64,000 nucleotides of DNA, from NCBI GenBank assembly GCA_965263355.1, contig CBDHHL010000032.1, positions 608,001 to 672,000 of the forward strand. The letters are read 5' to 3'. Source of the DNA: Leptolyngbyaceae cyanobacterium. GTDB lineage: Bacteria; Cyanobacteriota; Cyanobacteriia; Phormidesmidales; Phormidesmidaceae. Below are positions 11,601 to 21,561 of this stretch, in pieces. The first letter of the stretch is position 1. Each line of letters starts with the position of its first letter. The notes beneath the pieces are model-generated. The model did not search any database, was not told where the DNA came from, and saw nothing but the letters and a program-made list of their open reading frames with translations. Made by a program: the position numbers and the translations under genes.

Positions 11601-12979
11601 ACCACTGGATTGCCGATGTTGATGGCGTTGTCTATGCATTCCGTGAGGATGCTGTGCGTGAAGATTCAATCGTTCGTCCGAAGGACTCTGGTACTGAATG
11701 GGTTGATTGTGACGAATGGGCGGAGAATGATAGCGACCCAAATTGCAGACTGAGTGTTATCGGGACCCCTGATGCTGCACGAAAGATCTTTTTACAGGAT
11801 CCGCCGCTACCAGATGATTCAGGCGAAAACAAGATTACTGTAAAACCTGTGGATTTCTACGCAGATCCAGCTCGTCGTCCCTATGGCTTCCGCTTGATTA
11901 ATGGAACTACATTCAATCGAGGTGATGATGTTCTGTCTGGCATGACATTTGTCTCAGATAACTCGGTTTATATCAAGGGAAATTTTAACCTCCATACGAC
12001 CGACCCAACCAATGCACCCAATACACCTGCTGAATGTGATGATCTTTTAGAAGAGTTTACTGAAAGATTAGATACCGATTGTGACGGTGAAGAAGACAAC
12101 GATTTTTATGGTGCTCGCAATACCCTTAATACTGATACTTTTGCAGCCCCTGATAAGGATAAGCTGGCGACCAGCTGAGGTTGTAGGGGATGCAGTTGGT
12201 GTACTATCAGCTAATTTTTTAGACGGTAGTGTCGAGGATGGTTTTACCCTGGATCGTCTTCCTGCTGGCAGATGGTGGCAGGAACGTCTTCTTATCAAAA
12301 CCAGAATCGACCTGCTGGTGATACCCCAGGCACTGCCTGGTATCGAGAAGACTTAACAGTAAAAGATGATACTGTCCCTATTCGCATTGATCGCGACGGC
12401 AATGCCTCACGCGATGGCATAACCCCCTTTACTAACTACCTGCTGGTTAGTGACTATCTTCCCGACGACCTTGGCGATTTAACTGAGATTCGTAATGATG
12501 ACCAGCAGACACCATCTCCAACCCGTGTAAATGCAGTGTTTGTCAGCGGTATTATTCCGTCACGTGCTGGCCAAACCTATGGTGGTATGCACAATTTCCC
12601 ACGATTTTTAGAGTACTGGGATAATGTGAATCTCTATATTTCCGGTGGGTTCTTCCAATTGAACTTTAGTACGGCGGCAACAGCGCCGTTTGATCAAGAA
12701 GCTTTAGAGCCTGGTAATACCGCTGATGTCAGCACAGAAGAGTTTCTAACCCCCTTCTATGGTGCACCCACACGAGTTTGGGGATATGACGTTGGTTTGC
12801 AGTATGCGCCCGCTGCCCCCGTGGCTAGACGTTTTGTTACCGTAGGTCGTCCCCGCAGTGAGTTTTATCGAGAATTACCTGTGGATGATCCTTACGTAGA
12901 AAATCTACGATGTGCCCTTACACCTCCAGGAGGTACGAGGCCTGATGATCAGGTTGATCCATTCGCTGACTGTGCATGA
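8664..12979 (+). pseudogene. hpsA: Hormogonium polysaccharide biosynthesis protein HpsA, split by frameshifts near 9970-9990, ~12160 and ~12270 (real pseudogene or sequencing indels)
   Basis: Pilin-like QAGFVLPTTVLL start; HpsA-type motifs AIDRAKAKLEY, NKWGAWF, RADDRYGPKP, DGYWERQA, LRDNLAAVQ, WRPAEV, YGGMHNFPRFLE, WGYDVGLQ are spread in order over four consecutive ORFs. Confidence 0.85.
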
Positions 12980-13032
12980 ACCTAAAAACTGAAAATTTCC
13001 AATATTTCCAATATTTAGGCGGTAAAAAACCG

Positions 13033-13776
13033 ATGTTGATTCCTCCAAAATGTCCGATTAAGAAGTTTACTAGCAAAGCTGATGAACAGGCTGGATTAAC
13101 CCTAATAGAAAGTGTGGTTGCCATAGCCGTTATTGGTATTACGGTTGCAGTTGCTTCCCCGGTTGTGGTGTTATCGGTTGCCACTCGAGTTCAAAATCAG
13201 CGTGCTGAGCAAGCCTGGCGGTTAGCACAGTCAGAAATAGACAATATTAGGCTTTTAGTCGAACGGGGTGGGGACTATAGTGCGGAACTGGGTGTTTATC
13301 CTGAAACAACTGAAGCTAATATTCAAGACACAGCTGCGCCTACTAGTTTTGCAGCAGATTTTGATAATACTGATCCTCTGATCGCTAGAGAAGTCAGCAT
13401 AGATGGTGATAACGTTCCTGAGTTTGCAGTTCAGGTGTTTCGAACAGAAGATGCTCAAGCGGCTAGAGATGCAACTGATACTGTTTCTATTGGATTTGAA
13501 GTTGTTGCTAGAGTTTACGACCATCGGGCGGCTGAACCTAATTTAGGAGCATTAGAGACTGATGAAGCTCGTTTAGGGCTTACGGGGCCAGGTTCAGAGC
13601 CAAATCCCGATGGTACTACTGGTGGCGGCACCCTATTTGGCAATCGTGCTAGGCAACCATTGGCAGTGGTGTACACCACGATCTTGCAAGGTGAGCGGGA
13701 TGGAACTGGAGATTATTGTCAATATTGGGAGTATATTGAGCCCGGCGTTGACACGGATGGCCTTAATTGTTCGTAA
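13033..13776 (+). CDS. Type IV minor pilin/pseudopilin (HpsB-like)
   Basis: Prepilin motif G|LTLIE, hydrophobic helix, VATRVQNQRAEQA; start at 12976 or 13033. Confidence 0.85.
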   Translation: MLIPPKCPIKKFTSKADEQAGLTLIESVVAIAVIGITVAVASPVVVLSVATRVQNQRAEQAWRLAQSEIDNIRLLVERGGDYSAELGVYPETTEANIQDTAAPTSFAADFDNTDPLIAREVSIDGDNVPEFAVQVFRTEDAQAARDATDTVSIGFEVVARVYDHRAAEPNLGALETDEARLGLTGPGSEPNPDGTTGGGTLFGNRARQPLAVVYTTILQGERDGTGDYCQYWEYIEPGVDTDGLNCS

Positions 13777-13834
13777 ATGATGCGGCTGAACTTGCTGTTG
13801 TAACTAAGTTGTAATTCCCATAGGCAAAATAGAC

Positions 13835-14836
13835 ATGTCAGTGCATGCTTTTTATAAGAGTTTATTTAAACAGCACAAGAGGTCAAGCTGTTATTCACAT
13901 AGCGGATTCACGCTGATTGAGCTTTTGGTTTCCCTTTTTATTGGCGGGATTCTAATTACAGGTTTACTCGCTATAATCGTCGATTTTCTAAAAGTTGATC
14001 GCCGTGAGGTTATCCTTGAACAAACTCAACAGGATATGAGCCGAGCGATAGACTATATTGCCGATGATTTACGTGAGGCAGTCTATGTTTATACTGATCC
14101 AACTGTTGTGACCGATGAACTAACTGACGAGCCTGCTGGAACGCCAATCTTAGCATTTTGGCGGCCTGATGCTATTGAAAATGATCTTCCGGATTGTGGT
14201 GCTGTAGCAGCTGCACTAAAGGATACTTGCGATGTATTAAGATTGCGGCAGGCGGCCTATTCTCTAGTTGTTTATTTTGAAAGAGATATTGCCGATGCTC
14301 CAGATCCAGATACATGGGTGGGACCGTCACAGATTGTTCGTTACGAGTTGGAAAGATTTGCCAATCTTGCAAATTTGACTGAACGTGATGGATATCTGGA
14401 TCCAAGTTCTAATAATCAAGGTGTTAGTTTTGCTAACTGGGAAAGAGATGACGGAGATGCTAATACAGCTGGTGAGGCAAATGTATTAGTTGATCTGCTA
14501 GATGCTGGAGATACCCCCTTCAATAGGGCACCTTTAACCGATACTACTCCATGCGAAACTACATATGGTCCAAGCTATGTAGTTGTTCCAGCCACGGCAG
14601 CACCAGATAGCAACACTAACTTTTTTGCCTGCGTTCGTAATCCAGACTCTGATGACCCCGATGATGATGGCAGTTCTAACCAAGATGTCTATATTTTTTT
14701 AAGAGGAAATATTGCAAACTTAGCCGGTAGAGCCTTGGAACTAGGACCAGTCAGAGACAATAACAGCGGTCTACCTACTTTAGAGACACGAGTTTTAGCT
14801 AGGGGCGTAATCAACAAAAGCCCAGTTGATAATTAG
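13835..14836 (+). CDS. Type IV minor pilin/pseudopilin (HpsC/PilW-like)
   Basis: G|FTLIELLV, RAIDYIADDLREAVYVY, PILAFW. Confidence 0.85.
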   Translation: MSVHAFYKSLFKQHKRSSCYSHSGFTLIELLVSLFIGGILITGLLAIIVDFLKVDRREVILEQTQQDMSRAIDYIADDLREAVYVYTDPTVVTDELTDEPAGTPILAFWRPDAIENDLPDCGAVAAALKDTCDVLRLRQAAYSLVVYFERDIADAPDPDTWVGPSQIVRYELERFANLANLTERDGYLDPSSNNQGVSFANWERDDGDANTAGEANVLVDLLDAGDTPFNRAPLTDTTPCETTYGPSYVVVPATAAPDSNTNFFACVRNPDSDDPDDDGSSNQDVYIFLRGNIANLAGRALELGPVRDNNSGLPTLETRVLARGVINKSPVDN

Positions 14837-14880
14837 TTATTAGTATCACTGTTGTTTGACAGCCAAAACCCATATTCACT

Positions 14881-15426
14881 ATGAGATTTAAGCACTTAAC
14901 TAAGAACAATTCGCAATCGGGATTTACGTTACTGGAAATTCTGGTGGTTATTGCGATATTAGGTATTTTGGCTGCAATTGCCGCCCCTGGCTGGTTAGCG
15001 TTTTTAGGAAGACAACAGCTTAATGATGCTCAAAATACTGTTTATCAATCGATAAAAGATGCTCAGAGCAAAGCACAACAACGTAGCGAGCGTTGGCAAT
15101 TTAGTATACGTGATACAGGTGATGCACTAGAAATAGCGACCCATAGAGCAACTTCACCCCCAAACCTTTGGAATCCCATCAATGATAGTGGCAACTTAAA
15201 CATTGATGATACTGATCTCAACACAATACCCAATACTGGCGGAGTATATTCTGTAATTTTTGACCATCAAGGTAATGTTGTTAATGGAGACGTTACTAAT
15301 GACGATGGTGATGTTTTCTCCTCAGGGACGGGTAACATAGCTCTTCTAGGCGAACGTACTGGCCAATTAACGCGATCAGTTAATGTGAATACACTCATCG
15401 GTACAATTCGTAAGTCAAACGATTAG
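14881..15426 (+). CDS. Type IV minor pilin (FimT/HpsD-like)
   Basis: G|FTLLEILVVIAILGILAAIAAPGW; C-terminal TLIG. Confidence 0.85.
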   Translation: MRFKHLTKNNSQSGFTLLEILVVIAILGILAAIAAPGWLAFLGRQQLNDAQNTVYQSIKDAQSKAQQRSERWQFSIRDTGDALEIATHRATSPPNLWNPINDSGNLNIDDTDLNTIPNTGGVYSVIFDHQGNVVNGDVTNDDGDVFSSGTGNIALLGERTGQLTRSVNVNTLIGTIRKSND

Positions 15427-15579
15427 TTTTTCGTTATCGAAGATTTTCTAGTTTAAGCTCAGAACCAACAGAAACGAGGTTCAACATCAAGGTCATCAAT
15501 CGTTCAGAATCTTCTTTAGAACACCTATGGCTTAGGCGGGAATGTTAGGTCTGTATTTACTGACTGAGTCCTGATAACC

Positions 15580-16119
15580 ATGGGTGTATTCAATTCTTCG
15601 AAGGATCTGACAAAAGAAGACCAAGATGGATTTACCTTACTTGAAACTCTTATAGTTGTTTCCATGCTGGGTATATTAAGCACTATTGCTATAACTGCAT
15701 ATCTTAGCTTTTTTGAAAATTATCAACTATCCATCGCCCAAAACAAACTACATCAAGCTATCCGTCAGGCCCAATCAACTGCCAAACATGAAAGTACGGC
15801 TTGGAGATTTGGAGTTCGGGATAATGCTGGCACTATTGAGTGGTCTGTCTATAAGGATGGAGCAACGGATATGCAATGGCATACGCTGAGTAACTCTCTC
15901 AAATTAGATGAGGAAACAACGTTACGTAAGTCTTCTACAGGTACTTATTCTGCCAAGTTTGATTACAAAGGTAATGCAAAAATTTTAGGTAGAGTAACTC
16001 TTGTTGGTAAATATAACTCTTCTTCCAAACGCTGTGTGATTGTGTCCACATTAATTGGAACAACACGCCAAGGTAGAGGACATACAAAACCAAATTCTTC
16101 TGGGCGTTACTGTTATTAA
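15580..16119 (+). CDS. Type IV minor pilin (FimT-like)
   Basis: G|FTLLETLIVV; KRCVIVSTLIG; terminal Cys pair. Confidence 0.85.
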   Translation: MGVFNSSKDLTKEDQDGFTLLETLIVVSMLGILSTIAITAYLSFFENYQLSIAQNKLHQAIRQAQSTAKHESTAWRFGVRDNAGTIEWSVYKDGATDMQWHTLSNSLKLDEETTLRKSSTGTYSAKFDYKGNAKILGRVTLVGKYNSSSKRCVIVSTLIGTTRQGRGHTKPNSSGRYCY

Positions 16120-16148
16120 TCTACGGGAGTCTCATCAAATCACTGCTT

Positions 16149-16787
16149 ATGCATTGCACGAGTGTTATTGACAATATAGTTTTTGACTTGGGTGGAGTCA
16201 TTGTCAACTTAGATTATGGGCTAACAATTCAAGCGTTTAGTAAGTTGGCAGGCTATGACATCACTCAGCAATATAGCCAGCAAAGTCAGGCAGATATTTT
16301 TTCCCAGTTTGAAGTGGGTGATCTTACAGCGGCTGAGTTTCGTCAGAAACTTATGGGGTTGCTGCAGTTTGAAGCGGATGATGAGGCTATTGACCAGGCT
16401 TGGAGTGCGTTGATTCTGGATTTTCCGCCGGAGCGGGTGGAGTTGATACGTCAACTCGGCAAGCAAAAGCGGATCTTTTTACTTTCAAATATTAATGAGC
16501 TGCATTTAGCGACGAGCGATCGCAAATTTACTCAAACTATGGGTCATAACATTGGCACCCTGGCCGACCAGTTTGAGCGGGCCTACTATTCGCATCTGGT
16601 GCGCGATCGCAAACCAAATTCCAGCATCTTTCAACGGGTGGTTGACGAAAATAATCTCGACCCAACCAAAACATTATTTCTAGACGATACCGCCCACAAT
16701 TTAATCGGAGCCCAGCAGGTTGGTATGCAAACCATCCACATTAACCAAAAACAACCTATCGAAAGCCTGAATTTGCTCGATTTATAA
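16149..16787 (+). CDS. HAD-family phosphatase (YihX-like)
   Basis: FDLGGV, LSN, KP, FLDD motifs. Confidence 0.9.
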   Translation: MHCTSVIDNIVFDLGGVIVNLDYGLTIQAFSKLAGYDITQQYSQQSQADIFSQFEVGDLTAAEFRQKLMGLLQFEADDEAIDQAWSALILDFPPERVELIRQLGKQKRIFLLSNINELHLATSDRKFTQTMGHNIGTLADQFERAYYSHLVRDRKPNSSIFQRVVDENNLDPTKTLFLDDTAHNLIGAQQVGMQTIHINQKQPIESLNLLDL

Positions 16788-16862
16788 GGATTTTGCGCAC
16801 GTTAGCAACAGACAAAAGGATAAAATAATTATCTGTGTCCCCCTTTGACGTTGCAATTTCCT

Positions 16863-17678
16863 ATGGTAAGCCCCACTGATTTTGTCCTATTTGCCCTCCT
16901 CGGTATTGGTACCGGTACCATGGCTGGCATGCTTGGCATTGGCGGGGGCATGCTGATTGTCCCTGGATTGTTCTATCTTTTTTCTCTGATGGACTTACCC
17001 AGCTATAGTCTGATGCATCTTGCGGCAGGCAGTGCTATGTGCATCATGATTTTCACCTCCGCATCGTCGACCTTGTCCCATCATGCTCGGGGCGATGTAC
17101 AGTGGACAATTTTTAGGCGAATTATTGCCGCCATCGGCATCGGTGTTATTCTAGGTAACTTGCTATCCAACCATTTAGATACCCATTGGTTAGAAATTAT
17201 TTTTGGTGCTTTTCTCTTATTTGTCTCCGTTAAAGTTTTACTGGATTGGAAGCCAGCTTTTGAAGAAACAACCACACCGCCTCTTTGGGTGACAGCCTTA
17301 GTAGGTACATTAATCGGTTTCAAGTCAGGGATTTTAGGCATTGGTGGTGGAGCTATTAGCGTTCCATTTTTGTTGTATTGTGGCCTACCGATGAATAAGG
17401 CAAGTGGCACATCAGCCTCGTTTACCCTACCTATTGCCATTGTTGGCACCCTATCCTTCTTATTATTTTCCCAGGGATATACAGATATTTCCTGGGCAAC
17501 CGGCTACATCTATTGGCCAGCCGTAGCCCTAGTAGCTCCATTTACCGTGATTGGTGCCCCCATTGGCACAAAACTATCCCACGTTATTTCGCCCCAATAT
17601 CTGCGACGAATTTTTGGCCTATTGCTAGTAGTAATTGGCCTAAGAATGTTTGGAGGCGGTATGCAGTTTTTTGCTTGA
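16863..17678 (+). CDS. Sulfite exporter TauE/SafE family membrane protein
   Basis: Duplicated GMLGIGGGMLIVP / GILGIGGGAISVP; multiple TM segments. Confidence 0.9.
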   Translation: MVSPTDFVLFALLGIGTGTMAGMLGIGGGMLIVPGLFYLFSLMDLPSYSLMHLAAGSAMCIMIFTSASSTLSHHARGDVQWTIFRRIIAAIGIGVILGNLLSNHLDTHWLEIIFGAFLLFVSVKVLLDWKPAFEETTTPPLWVTALVGTLIGFKSGILGIGGGAISVPFLLYCGLPMNKASGTSASFTLPIAIVGTLSFLLFSQGYTDISWATGYIYWPAVALVAPFTVIGAPIGTKLSHVISPQYLRRIFGLLLVVIGLRMFGGGMQFFA

Positions 17679-17692
17679 GGCACAGAAAAGAA

Positions 17693-18964
17693 TTAACCCA
17701 CATACTCCTGCTGTTCAAGAAACCAGTCTTTGGCCCAAAGCAGGGCCTCATCAGCACTGGTCAATTGTCCCTGCGCTTGGGCAGTTTCAATAGCACTGAG
17801 CAATTGTCCTATTTGAGGACCCGATTTTAGATCTAAACGGCGCATTATCTCTTTGCCACTGACCAGTGGTATGGGATGGGCAATGGGGTCATCAGCTGTT
17901 TGATAACGTTTCACCATCGCAACTACTAACTCAGCAGAGATACCTAAAGATAACGCTACCAAAGACACCGCTGGAAAACTAGTACTCGCAGTCTTAAACA
18001 GGAAGAACTGATCCGCTCTCGATAAATATCCCCCTTGATCAGCCATACGGCCTAAATAAGGCTGAGACTGAAGAACTCTAAAGATAGATTGCCCTTCACT
18101 ACGGCTGTACTTTAATCGTACCAACCAACGGTTAGCGGCCTCTTCATCCAGCGGTAGTAAACGCGATAAGCGAGCAGCTTTAATCCAGCTACGATAGTGG
18201 CCTGCAGGCACAGTATCCTTCCATCCGTGCAACAATTTCAGATAGCCTGACATCTTTGGCAAATTTTCCAGGGCCTGATCTAAGGCCGCTAATTGTTCTG
18301 TATGTCTGGCATTTAAATGGGGCAACCAAGCAGCAAACAAGCCATCCTGCCAGGCCATCCGAAAACAAGTTGCTCCGTTAGGCTGACTTAGCAGAGCATC
18401 TAGTTCATGGCGAATGCGCTCAGCAGCAATATTCTGAAGCAGGGGAGCTAATTCACGAATCGTACAGCGCGTATCATTATCGATGGTAAATCCTAGTTGG
18501 GCTGCCTGCCGGTAAGCCCGCAACAATCGCAACGGATCCTCAGCCAAGTTTTCACGGCTGACCATACGTAGGGTTTGTTGTTTTAGATCGGCCATGCCAT
18601 TGAGTGGATCGATCAACCGGTCGCTTTGGGGATGGTAAGCAATGGCATTAATAGTAAAGTCTCGGCGCTGTAAATCAGTTTCTAGGGTAGGCCCCACCTG
18701 TTGAGCAAAGTCGATGGTGGCCTGGTCGAATACAGCACGGGCAATTTGATTGTCGGCATCAAGCACCACAAAGCCTGCCCGATAGCGTCTAGCAATATCA
18801 CTTGCGATCGCGACCGCTCCATCCGGCAAAACAAAATCCAAATCTAAATAATCCGCCTGGCGCTCCAGCAAAGCATCACGAACACTGCCCCCGACCACAC
18901 AGGCCGTTTCCGGCAGCAAGCGACTATCAAAGGGCCAAGTTTTCGGGATTAGGGCAGACGCCAT
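17693..18964 (-). CDS. CCA tRNA nucleotidyltransferase family (probably the CC-adding enzyme)
   Basis: VGGSVRD, DLDF, RRDFTINA, EDPLRLLRAYR; short form without CBS domains; start uncertain. Confidence 0.88.
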   Translation of the reverse strand: MASALIPKTWPFDSRLLPETACVVGGSVRDALLERQADYLDLDFVLPDGAVAIASDIARRYRAGFVVLDADNQIARAVFDQATIDFAQQVGPTLETDLQRRDFTINAIAYHPQSDRLIDPLNGMADLKQQTLRMVSRENLAEDPLRLLRAYRQAAQLGFTIDNDTRCTIRELAPLLQNIAAERIRHELDALLSQPNGATCFRMAWQDGLFAAWLPHLNARHTEQLAALDQALENLPKMSGYLKLLHGWKDTVPAGHYRSWIKAARLSRLLPLDEEAANRWLVRLKYSRSEGQSIFRVLQSQPYLGRMADQGGYLSRADQFFLFKTASTSFPAVSLVALSLGISAELVVAMVKRYQTADDPIAHPIPLVSGKEIMRRLDLKSGPQIGQLLSAIETAQAQGQLTSADEALLWAKDWFLEQQEYVG

Positions 18965-19268
18965 AGACGACACAAACTTCAACGATGCAGCTCCAAAACG
19001 TAGTGCGGCTTACAATTCTCCTACATTGCGTCGCCCGTAAACACGGATTTTGATAGCAATTTTTTAGGATTTTGATAGGTTTCCTCTCAAATCATCGGGC
19101 AACTGCACAATTTGAAACAAATTTTCCTGCCCATATTTTAGCTGCGCTAAAGTAGTTGCAAAGCGCATTCCATTGAATGGAATACCCCTAATTACTGTGC
19201 AGTCTATATTATTCTTTCTCTGCCAGTTTATCCGATACACCCTCTGCTTTCGTTCCCTTTTCGCTTTC

Positions 19269-19341
19269 TAAACCACGTCTAAGTTGAAACCTATTGGTTC
19301 TTCTATAGAAAAACTCTAGTTCTGGACGTGGACAAGGTTTA
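19269..19341 (+). repeat. Dispersed ~72-bp MITE-like repeat, copy 1
   Basis: taaaccacgtctaagttgaaac...ttctggacgtggacaaggttta; similar to copies at 24386 (reverse) and 27461. Confidence 0.75.
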
Positions 19342-19380
19342 ATTCAGAAGTCCAGTCTTCAGTACAAGTTTCCCCGTTAT

Positions 19381-19662
19381 ATGTGTATTTGCATCAACTG
19401 CCATTATGTTGACCGCTGCATTACCTACCATGCAGTTGAAACTAATCATCGGCAACCCCATTTAACCGATACCCCAAATTTTGATCCTCAAAATCCCACC
19501 ATTAACGCCAATATCATGCCCCCCGTCGTCAGTGTGGAAGGCGATCGCATTGTCCAGTCCGGCGATTTTGGCTTTGAATACGATGTAGTAGGCTGTGATA
19601 GCTTTCAAGAAGATATGGGTAAATGGGCCAGATTACGCCCCGGTGAAGCCATTCCGACATAA
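19381..19662 (+). CDS. ycf34: Ycf34 family Fe-S protein
   Basis: MCICINCHYVDRCITYHAVE...EYDVVGCDSF...GKWARLRPGE.IPT. Confidence 0.93.
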   Translation: MCICINCHYVDRCITYHAVETNHRQPHLTDTPNFDPQNPTINANIMPPVVSVEGDRIVQSGDFGFEYDVVGCDSFQEDMGKWARLRPGEAIPT

Positions 19663-19701
19663 TTTGCTGGGTGAATTAAACGCCATCGCGAATCGTACAG
19701 A

Positions 19702-21459
19702 GTGAACCAAAACCGTTACGAAATTCTCGAACCCCTTGGCAAAGGACAAAACGGCCAAACTATCCTGGCCCATTTTGTCGCCCCGAATAGCTCCCAACCC
19801 CTGATTGTCATTAAGCAACTGAACGCCCTTCAGGAACCGTTTAGCGCTCTCACCAAACGCCTAAAAGCCGTTAGCCAACATCCCCAGCTACCCAGCCTCA
19901 TCGACAGCTGGCAGACATTAGGCAGCCAGTTCTTTGCCTTCGAATATATTGCCGCTCCACCCATTACTGAGTCCCAGACACCTCCCTGGTCGCCAATACA
20001 AGTCGAAACCTGGTTACTAACACTTTTGCCGGTTCTAGAACATATCCATAGCTTTCGACTGATCCATGGCGATATCCGACCAGACAATATTCGTGGAGGC
20101 CATCAGTCATCGATTTTGATTGACCTGCGGATTACTCAGCGTCTGGGCAAACACCAAACCGCCATTGACGTTATGGGGGGAGATGCTATCTATGCAGCCC
20201 CCGAACAGACCCTGGGCCAACTGGTATATGCCAGCGATCTTTACAGCCTGGGCTTAGTTGCTATCCATTTATTAACTGGGCTTACCCCCTTTGACCTCTA
20301 CTCGGTAGCTGACAATCGCTGGATCTGGTCTGATCTAGTTACAGAATCGTTGCCCCAAAACCTGAGGCAGGTTCTTAACAAACTTTTAGAACGCTCCCTT
20401 GAAAATCGTTATACCAATGCAGCTCAAGTTATTAGGGATCTCAAACAGTCGCCAACCTTATCCTTATTGAACAAGGCCCGCTCTTTTCTCCCTCTCCAAG
20501 AATCCTTACCCCTCTCCTTACCAGCGATAACTAAATTAAAATCTCTAGCTTTTAGCCCATCTACAACAACTAAGCGCCAGCCAAACTCTGAGCGCCAAGT
20601 CAGCTGGCAACTGCTACACCAACTATCCAATGGCATCACCACAGCCTTAGCCCTTCAAGGAACCAGCTTGGCCATGGGTAATAGTTCAGGCTCTGTTCTG
20701 CTCTGTGACCTGGCCAAAGGTGCAGAGGTTTATCAACTAAGGGGTCGTCTTCATAGCGATCGCGTCACTGCCTTAGCATTCCACCCCCAGAATCGCATCC
20801 TTTACAGTGCTAGCAGTGACGGCAAGGTAAAACAATGGGACTTGCTCCGGGGCGAACTCGCACATACCCTAAGCCAGCCAGGTTGGCAGCCAACAGATTT
20901 GGCTGTTGCACCACCGTATCTCGTCGTTAGCGATGGTACTGGCTATATCGATTTATGGGATTTAGACGATCTCAAACATCATCACAGATTCAATCAACAT
21001 CAAGACTGGGTAAACGCTATTGCCACCAATGGTCAACGGTTAGCTAGTATTAGTCGAGATAGAACCCTGCGGTTGTGGTCATTATCAGACAAGACATTGC
21101 TGAATACATTATCCATTAGCCCAAGTCAGGCATTGGCTCTGCATCCCAGCGGCAGCTATGTAATTGTCGGTAATGACCAAGGCCAGGTAGAAGTTTGGTC
21201 GTTGGGGCAATCAGTTCAATCTGAAAACCTTTGCACTGAGACAGATGGCATTATAGAACTGGCATTAAGTCCAGATGCGCGATTGCTCGCCGTGGGGACC
21301 GATGGTAATGCACTACGGGTCTATCAAGGAACGGATGGTCAGTGTGTTTCTGAATTGGTCCAGGGATGGGGTGTGGTGGCTATTGCGTTTGATGGACGCA
21401 CCCTCGTTAGCAGTAGTCAGGATGAAATCGTCACCATTTGGCAAAGAAGAATGGAATAG
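19702..21459 (+). CDS. Ser/Thr protein kinase-like domain (degenerate) fused to WD40 repeats
   Basis: YEILEPLGKG, IHGDIRPDNI, YAAPEQ, SDLYSLG; C-terminal WD40 repeats. Confidence 0.88.
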   Translation: MNQNRYEILEPLGKGQNGQTILAHFVAPNSSQPLIVIKQLNALQEPFSALTKRLKAVSQHPQLPSLIDSWQTLGSQFFAFEYIAAPPITESQTPPWSPIQVETWLLTLLPVLEHIHSFRLIHGDIRPDNIRGGHQSSILIDLRITQRLGKHQTAIDVMGGDAIYAAPEQTLGQLVYASDLYSLGLVAIHLLTGLTPFDLYSVADNRWIWSDLVTESLPQNLRQVLNKLLERSLENRYTNAAQVIRDLKQSPTLSLLNKARSFLPLQESLPLSLPAITKLKSLAFSPSTTTKRQPNSERQVSWQLLHQLSNGITTALALQGTSLAMGNSSGSVLLCDLAKGAEVYQLRGRLHSDRVTALAFHPQNRILYSASSDGKVKQWDLLRGELAHTLSQPGWQPTDLAVAPPYLVVSDGTGYIDLWDLDDLKHHHRFNQHQDWVNAIATNGQRLASISRDRTLRLWSLSDKTLLNTLSISPSQALALHPSGSYVIVGNDQGQVEVWSLGQSVQSENLCTETDGIIELALSPDARLLAVGTDGNALRVYQGTDGQCVSELVQGWGVVAIAFDGRTLVSSSQDEIVTIWQRRME

Positions 21460-21561
21460 ATTTATTTACATAGTTCTTCTAACTGCAATTCAAGAAGATT
21501 ACGGACAGTTGTAAATCTGATTTAGGGAATCTCACTTGTGACATGATCAGAGACGATTTCT

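Noticed and set aside
9980..12979. Treating the hpsA fragments as independent genes or as programmed frameshifting
   Set aside because: Conserved motifs cross the junctions, and I see no consistent slippery sequence or stimulatory hairpin at the three sites.
19000..19013. GTA-N8-TAC NtcA-like site
   Set aside because: A 6-base match is expected many times by chance in 64 kb, and no supporting promoter context was evident.
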